Source of the DNA: the human T2T-CHM13v2.0 reference genome, Homo sapiens
Length of the DNA stretch: 64,000 nucleotides
Assembly: GCF_009914755.1 (NCBI RefSeq)
Contig: NC_060934.1
Direction: 5' to 3' (one strand)
Numbering within the stretch: position 1 is the first letter of the stretch; the number at the start of each line of letters is the position of its first letter. Under the pieces are notes generated by a model that saw only the letters and a list, made by a program, of their open reading frames with translations, was not told the origin of the DNA and did no database searches. Made by a program: the position numbers and the translations under genes. Shown here in pieces: positions 56,380 through 64,000 of this stretch.

Positions 56380-56835
56380 TAGTACATTTCTTAGTGCATT
56401 GACTTTTAAAAATTGGCAATTGAAAACACTTTCTCTGATCTTTTGAGATGTAAATCTTCTCCCAGACATTTGTCAGTTTTACAACCCAGGAATATCTTTC
56501 TCAAAGACAGGAGAGCCAACTTTTGATATTTAGTCATCAGGAAAGACAGCACCCCTACCTCCCAGTCTCTGTGGTAGGGTAAGAACCTAACTTCCATATG
56601 TTCCAATTAGCAAATCCACATATGACCTCACTTTTACAAATCTCCCCACTAATATCCTCCACTACTTTTCCACAATTCACCCCCGTGCATTGTGGAAAAG
56701 TACTGCCTCTTGCTTCAGTGAACCAAGTTCAATCTTTCTCTCTTATTGCAATAGTCTCTCTCCTTATTGCCATAAAGTCTTGAATAAAGCCTTCCTTACC
56801 TGTTTAACTCTGTCTGGTACCATTTTTCTTTGTCA
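56380..56835 (+). mobile_element. ERV1-class solo LTR (MER89/MER34-like; 5' boundary uncertain)
   Basis: ctcccagtctctgtggtagggtaagaacctaacttc...ttgaataaagccttccttacctgtttaact...tttttctttgtca. Confidence 0.65.
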
Positions 56836-57192
56836 TCTAACTTTAAAATGATTAAGATATAAGCCTATGTTTCTTTTCATGTAAACATAAGATGTAAAGT
56901 GTCAAGAATCTCAAACCATTAGTCAAAGTTCCAGGTTCCAGCTGTAACATTTGCCTAATAATTTCCTGGAAAGTTTTTTTATTTTTTCACCATCTGAAAA
57001 ATAAAAATAAAGCCTGATTTGACAAGGATCCGATCAGACTCCACTTTTCCCAACACGATTTAACCTTATAAATACTTGCTAAATATCTGGCTTCCATTAC
57101 ATTGTTAGCTCAATGAGGGCAAAGATAATGTCTACCTTATTCATTCCTGAGTCCCCAGTGCCCAGTATAGAACTTGGCATTTAAAACGTGCT

Positions 57193-57614
57193 CATATAAG
57201 TCCGTTATCTCACTGCTAGAAAGAAAAACCTGAGACTAGGTAATTTATAAAGAAAAGAGGTTTAATTGGCTCATGGATCGGCAAGCTATACAAGAAGCAT
57301 AATGCTCGCATTTGCTCAGCTTCTAGGGAGGCCTCAGGAAACTTACAATCACGGAGGAAGGCAAAGAGGGAGTTGGCACTCCACATGGCTGGAGGAGGAG
57401 GATGAGAGACAGAGACAGAGGAGGTATCACACACTTTTAAACAACCAGACCTAGTGAGAACTCACTATCACAATAACAGTACCGGGGATGATGCTAAACC
57501 ATTCCTGAGAAACAACCCCATGATCCACTCACCTCCCACCAGGCCCTGCCTTTAACACTGGGGATTACAATTCAACTTCAGATTTAGGTGGGAACACAGA
57601 TCTAAATCATATCA
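57193..57614 (-). mobile_element. MSTA MaLR solo LTR inserted into an L2 3' end
   Basis: taatttataaagaaaagaggtttaattggctcatgg...ggaggcctcaggaaacttacaatca...catatca; TSD gtgct/gttct. Confidence 0.9.
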
Positions 57615-57815
57615 GTTCTCAACAGGTATTTGAAAGAAATGAATAAAGTTAAATAACATATAATATAAACAACATGGGAAGAAATGCAAGAAAAAACACT
57701 AAAATTTTATTGACCTTCACTCTGGGCTCAAATTAATGGAAAGTTCAAATAGTCAATGAAGATAACATCAGAAAACCTGGTTTTTAATTCTGGCTTTGGC
57801 ATTGACTGGAGTTAT

Positions 57816-58169
57816 TGTAACACTCTGTTTTCACACTGCTGATAAAGACATACTGGAGACTGGGAAGAAAAAGGGGTTTACTAGGACTTACAGTTCCACA
57901 TAGCTGGGAAGGCCTCAGAATCATGGCAGAAGGTAAAAGGTGCTTCTTATATGGTGGCAGCAAGAGAGAATGAGAAAGAAGCAAAAGTGGAAACCCCTGA
58001 TAAACCTATCAGTTCTTGTGAGACTTATTCACTATCATGAGAATAACACAGGAAGACCAGCTCTCATGATGGAATTACCTTCCCCTGCGTCCCTCCCACA
58101 ACACGTGGGAATTCTGGAAGACACAGTTCAAGTTGAGATTTTTGGTGGGGACACAGCTAAACCATATCA
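57816..58169 (-). mobile_element. THE1 (THE1A-like) solo LTR
   Basis: ctgctgataaagacatac...gaaacccctgataaacc...ggggacacagctaaaccatatca; perfect TSD gttat. Confidence 0.93.
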
Positions 58170-59442
58170 GTTATCATTTTAATTATTAAATTTCCTTGAT
58201 TCTCAAGTTCATCACTATAAATACCAGAGACAGAGTAAATGATTACTGAAATTCCTTGCTGAATTAACCTCATAGACTCCAGGATGATCACTGATCCTCC
58301 TTCCAGCTATAACCATTTCATAGATCAAAACCTGACACACAATGATTGCTCCAGAGTTGCAGAACATGTTTGTAAATCCTGATACTTAAGACCATTATTC
58401 CCCTCCTCTCCTTTCCTATTTTTCCTTTCATCCTTTCATGTATTCATATAGTTATTAAATGCTTGCCCCAAAGAAAATCAAAAATATTTTATATATGTAT
58501 CTCGAATTAGGCAACCACATCTTGGCTGATTTCTCTATCTCTGATAAGATTCAAATTCTAGTCATGCACTTGTTTCATTAAGTGGTTAAAAATATCTTTT
58601 TTGACCTTGATGCATTATGTAAATGGCTAATTTGCCTTGAAGCATAATCTCCTGGGAATAGAACTTTGATCTCCATGAGGTAGCCAAATACACATTAGGG
58701 AAGAACTTGCCTCATACCCATTCCACCCTGAATCTTTTGACTTTCAAGAAGGGTTAATGTGCTTGTGTTTACTTGCTGACAGATTTCCTTGCTTTCACCT
58801 ATAAATCTATAGCATCTATATCAGATTGACTTCCATAATGTAGAAGAGCAAAACTGATATTCCTCTGTCCACATATTCATTGTCTCTCTTTTTCTCTTTC
58901 TCATTATTTTAGATCTGTAGGTATCATAGTTTATTCAGTGGTTCACAGTCATTAGCATAACAATGATCAAATAGAAAGACCCCAGGCATCAACCTGACAA
59001 GAGCAAGAAAACAGATGACTCTTGGAACTCATTTGTAATACAATAGTATTCCAGCAAGCTCTAAATTTTTGACCTTAAGCAAGAGAAAGCTGATGACTTT
59101 AATAGAGTTTTCTTTATAAACCTTTTTCTTTCAGCTTCAAAACTGCTGACTTTTTTAAGCCCTGCTTTTCTTATGATTGCTTTCAAAAGCATATTTCTGT
59201 TTTAAAGCTAGAGTTCACTTCAATAATGCTTGGTTAATTGTACGGGCATTCACACTTGGTGGCAAGCCAGAGGCCTTCCTTGACAAGATAAAATAGAGAG
59301 AGCCCTAGGATACTTGCTCCCTTTCTACCCACAGAACACACACATCCTAAATATGAGAAAGTATTCCTTTGGTTCTAATTGTCTAAAAAGTTACCTAATA
59401 TTAACAATATTTAGTTACACAGCCCAAGATTTAAGGCATTTA

Positions 59443-60073
59443 CGATATGGGGGTGGGGGTGGAAAAGTGCTGGATAGAGAAGGGCAGGGTTCCTGGCCAG
59501 GGCTCCACTCTTGGGCCTGGGCCTATGGATTTAAGTGAGAACAGGCACTCCTGTTTTCACACCCAAATGTTGCATTTTCCAAGATCGTACTGGCTTGCCA
59601 TGCCCCCCGATCCTGTGCCCATATTAACCCAAGACCTGAGTGGGCACACACACAAGTGGCTGAACGTTCAGACCAGCAGACAAGCAATGGCAGAACAATG
59701 TAGCAGAAAAAGGGAGAAGAGAAGCCTGCATGTGATCTGATTCTTTCAGGACACTGGGCAAGAGCTCGGGATACAAAAGGCTGTCACACTGGCCTTCTGC
59801 CCTTGTGATAAAGCAGAGGGTCCATTGAGCTGATTAACACATAAGCCATCTGCAGATGGCAAATCTGAAAGAACTTTGTAACACACACCCACTTGGGCTT
59901 CAGAAGTCACAGACACCCACTCCTAGACACTGCCGTGGAGCTGGAGACCAAAAGTGCTCACCCTAATCTCTGCTCCTGCCTGTCTAAATGCTCCTCCTAG
60001 GGGCAACCAAGCAGGTGATCCACACTCACGTCGCACCATCCTGTAAGGGTAATCAGGGAACTCTCCCATTTCA
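59443..60073 (+). mobile_element. ERV1 solo LTR (LTR1/LTR27/LTR28 group)
   Basis: aagtgctggatagagaagggcagggttcctggccagggctccac...gagctgattaacac...tcagggaactctcccatttca; TSD ttta/tttc. Confidence 0.8.
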
Positions 60074-60079
60074 TTTCCG

Positions 60080-60295
60080 TTAAGATGGATCTGGATTGAA
60101 GCACCACCAGTAATAGACAGTAGTAGTGAAGTTTTAGGCAAATTACTTACTTTCTCTAAGCCTCAGTTTCTCTGTATCTCAGCATTATTTATAAGAGTTC
60201 CCATGTCATAGGATTGTGGTGGGAATTAAATACGGTGCTTGTAAAGAAATTTAGAGATCCTGGTACGTGACATGTACTTAGTAAGTGATGGTGGT
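60080..60295 (+). mobile_element. MIR
   Basis: ggcaaattacttactttctctaagcctcagtttctc...cataggattgtggtgggaattaaa. Confidence 0.8.
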
Positions 60296-60320
60296 GAAAA
60301 TGCGTGCTCTTGTTTTGCAG

Positions 60321-60413
60321 CTAAATCTCATTGCTGAGTAAACAAGATGTCTTTAGTTGGCTGAAGAAATTAACCTGACCAATGGCATAGGAAATCCTGC
60401 AGTTTGAGCCATG
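60321..60413 (+). other. Candidate 93-nt exon (5' UTR or lncRNA type) ending in ATG
   Basis: Acceptor gctcttgttttgCAG| and donor gccATG|GTAAGT; all three frames contain stops before the terminal ATG. Confidence 0.45.
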
Positions 60414-61088
60414 GTAAGTGCTTCTCACTATCTTATGCATTCTTTCTCCTTTTTTGTTAGACTAACGTAAAACCAGGCTTTCTATATCCCTGGTATCTCT
60501 ATATCCCAGCCAGGGAGTACCGCATTTGCTTTCTAACACCCTGTCTTCCATAACTATCACACAGTGGTCTTCTCTCACTTCTTTCTTCCAGGCTCATGGT
60601 TCATTCAAAAACAGCCTTTTTCTAGCAGCTTCCCATATTTTCCAGAGTTGTTGACAATGAAACTAAGGAGAAAACTTAAAAAAAAAACTTTAAACATGGT
60701 CTCATACAAATAAATTACTGGAATTGCAAACTTAGAAGTATCAAGCTGTCACGTAATGAAGAGAAGCCTGATACTCTTTGTCCCAAGATATTTTTCTAGA
60801 AATGTCATTTATGTCATTCTCAGCAATCAAAGCTGGCATCAAGATCCAGAGTAGGAGAATGGGTCAAAGATACAGAGCTAGAACTTATTTGACAGCATTG
60901 AGAGGTCAATTAATATGGACCCCTCTCTTCACTTGTGGCAGTACCAAAAGTAACTCAATAATACTGCTCCCCCCTTATGGATACATCCCAGGTGGATAGG
61001 GTGAGTAATTACAGCACTGTAAAGCTTTTCTAGAGAAAACTTTCTCTGGACTTCAATCACTTACATCTCCAGCTTCAACAATGAATGA

Positions 61089-61458
<370 letters not shown>

Positions 61459-61574
61459 CCTAAATCTTTTTTATTTCAATATAGAAATCACCATTCCACA
61501 CAGAAATTTACACTCTTGTGTATAGAGATGTACTTAGCTTGATTGTTGTTAGGTTACTTTCTTGTTTAAATTGT

Positions 61575-61790
61575 CTTTATTATGGTAAAACAGATGTAGA
61601 ATTTACACTCAACTGTTTTTAAGTTTACAGTTCAGTGATATTAAATACATTTGTATTGTTGGACAATGATCACCACCATCTATCACCAAAACACTTCATC
61701 TTGCAAAACTGAAACCCTATACCCATTAAACAATAAATCCCCTTTCCTCCTTCCCCTAGTTTCTGACAACCACAATTCTATTTTCTGAAG
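61575..61790 (-). mobile_element. L1MB-like 3' terminal fragment
   Basis: tttaagtttacagttcagtgatattaaatacatt...aactgaaaccctatacccattaaacaataa. Confidence 0.8.
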
Positions 61791-61829
61791 TTTGTGTTAC
61801 ATTTAGAAGACTGCATTCAATTTCAACAT

Positions 61830-64000
<2,171 letters not shown>

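Overview
AT-rich primate (very probably human) intronic or intergenic DNA dominated by interspersed repeats. No intact protein-coding gene, RNA gene or CRISPR array can be supported, and the listed ORFs are repeat-derived or chance. Main contents: a nearly full-length Tigger3/Golem DNA transposon with a dead transposase (2195-5538); fourteen Alus (J, S and Y), many with target-site duplications; L1M/L1MA/L1MC, L2 and MIR relics; an ancient minus-strand class III ERV (about 28170-32910); an internally deleted plus-strand HERV-L with MLT2A1-type LTRs (47337-51455) whose 3' LTR is interrupted by a THE1 LTR; and many solo LTRs and microsatellites. Several well-formed splice acceptor/donor pairs in unique sequence (+34299-34340, +60321-60413 ending in gccATG|gtaagt, -44571-44623) suggest a spliced host transcript that I cannot identify. 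The best hypothesis is a composite MLT2A1/THE1 LTR promoter with a perfect DUX4 motif, a TATA-like element and a splice donor, upstream of an ATG-terminating exon. That link is inference, not a demonstrated system. Repeat subfamily names come from recalled consensus sequences and should be confirmed with RepeatMasker/Dfam.
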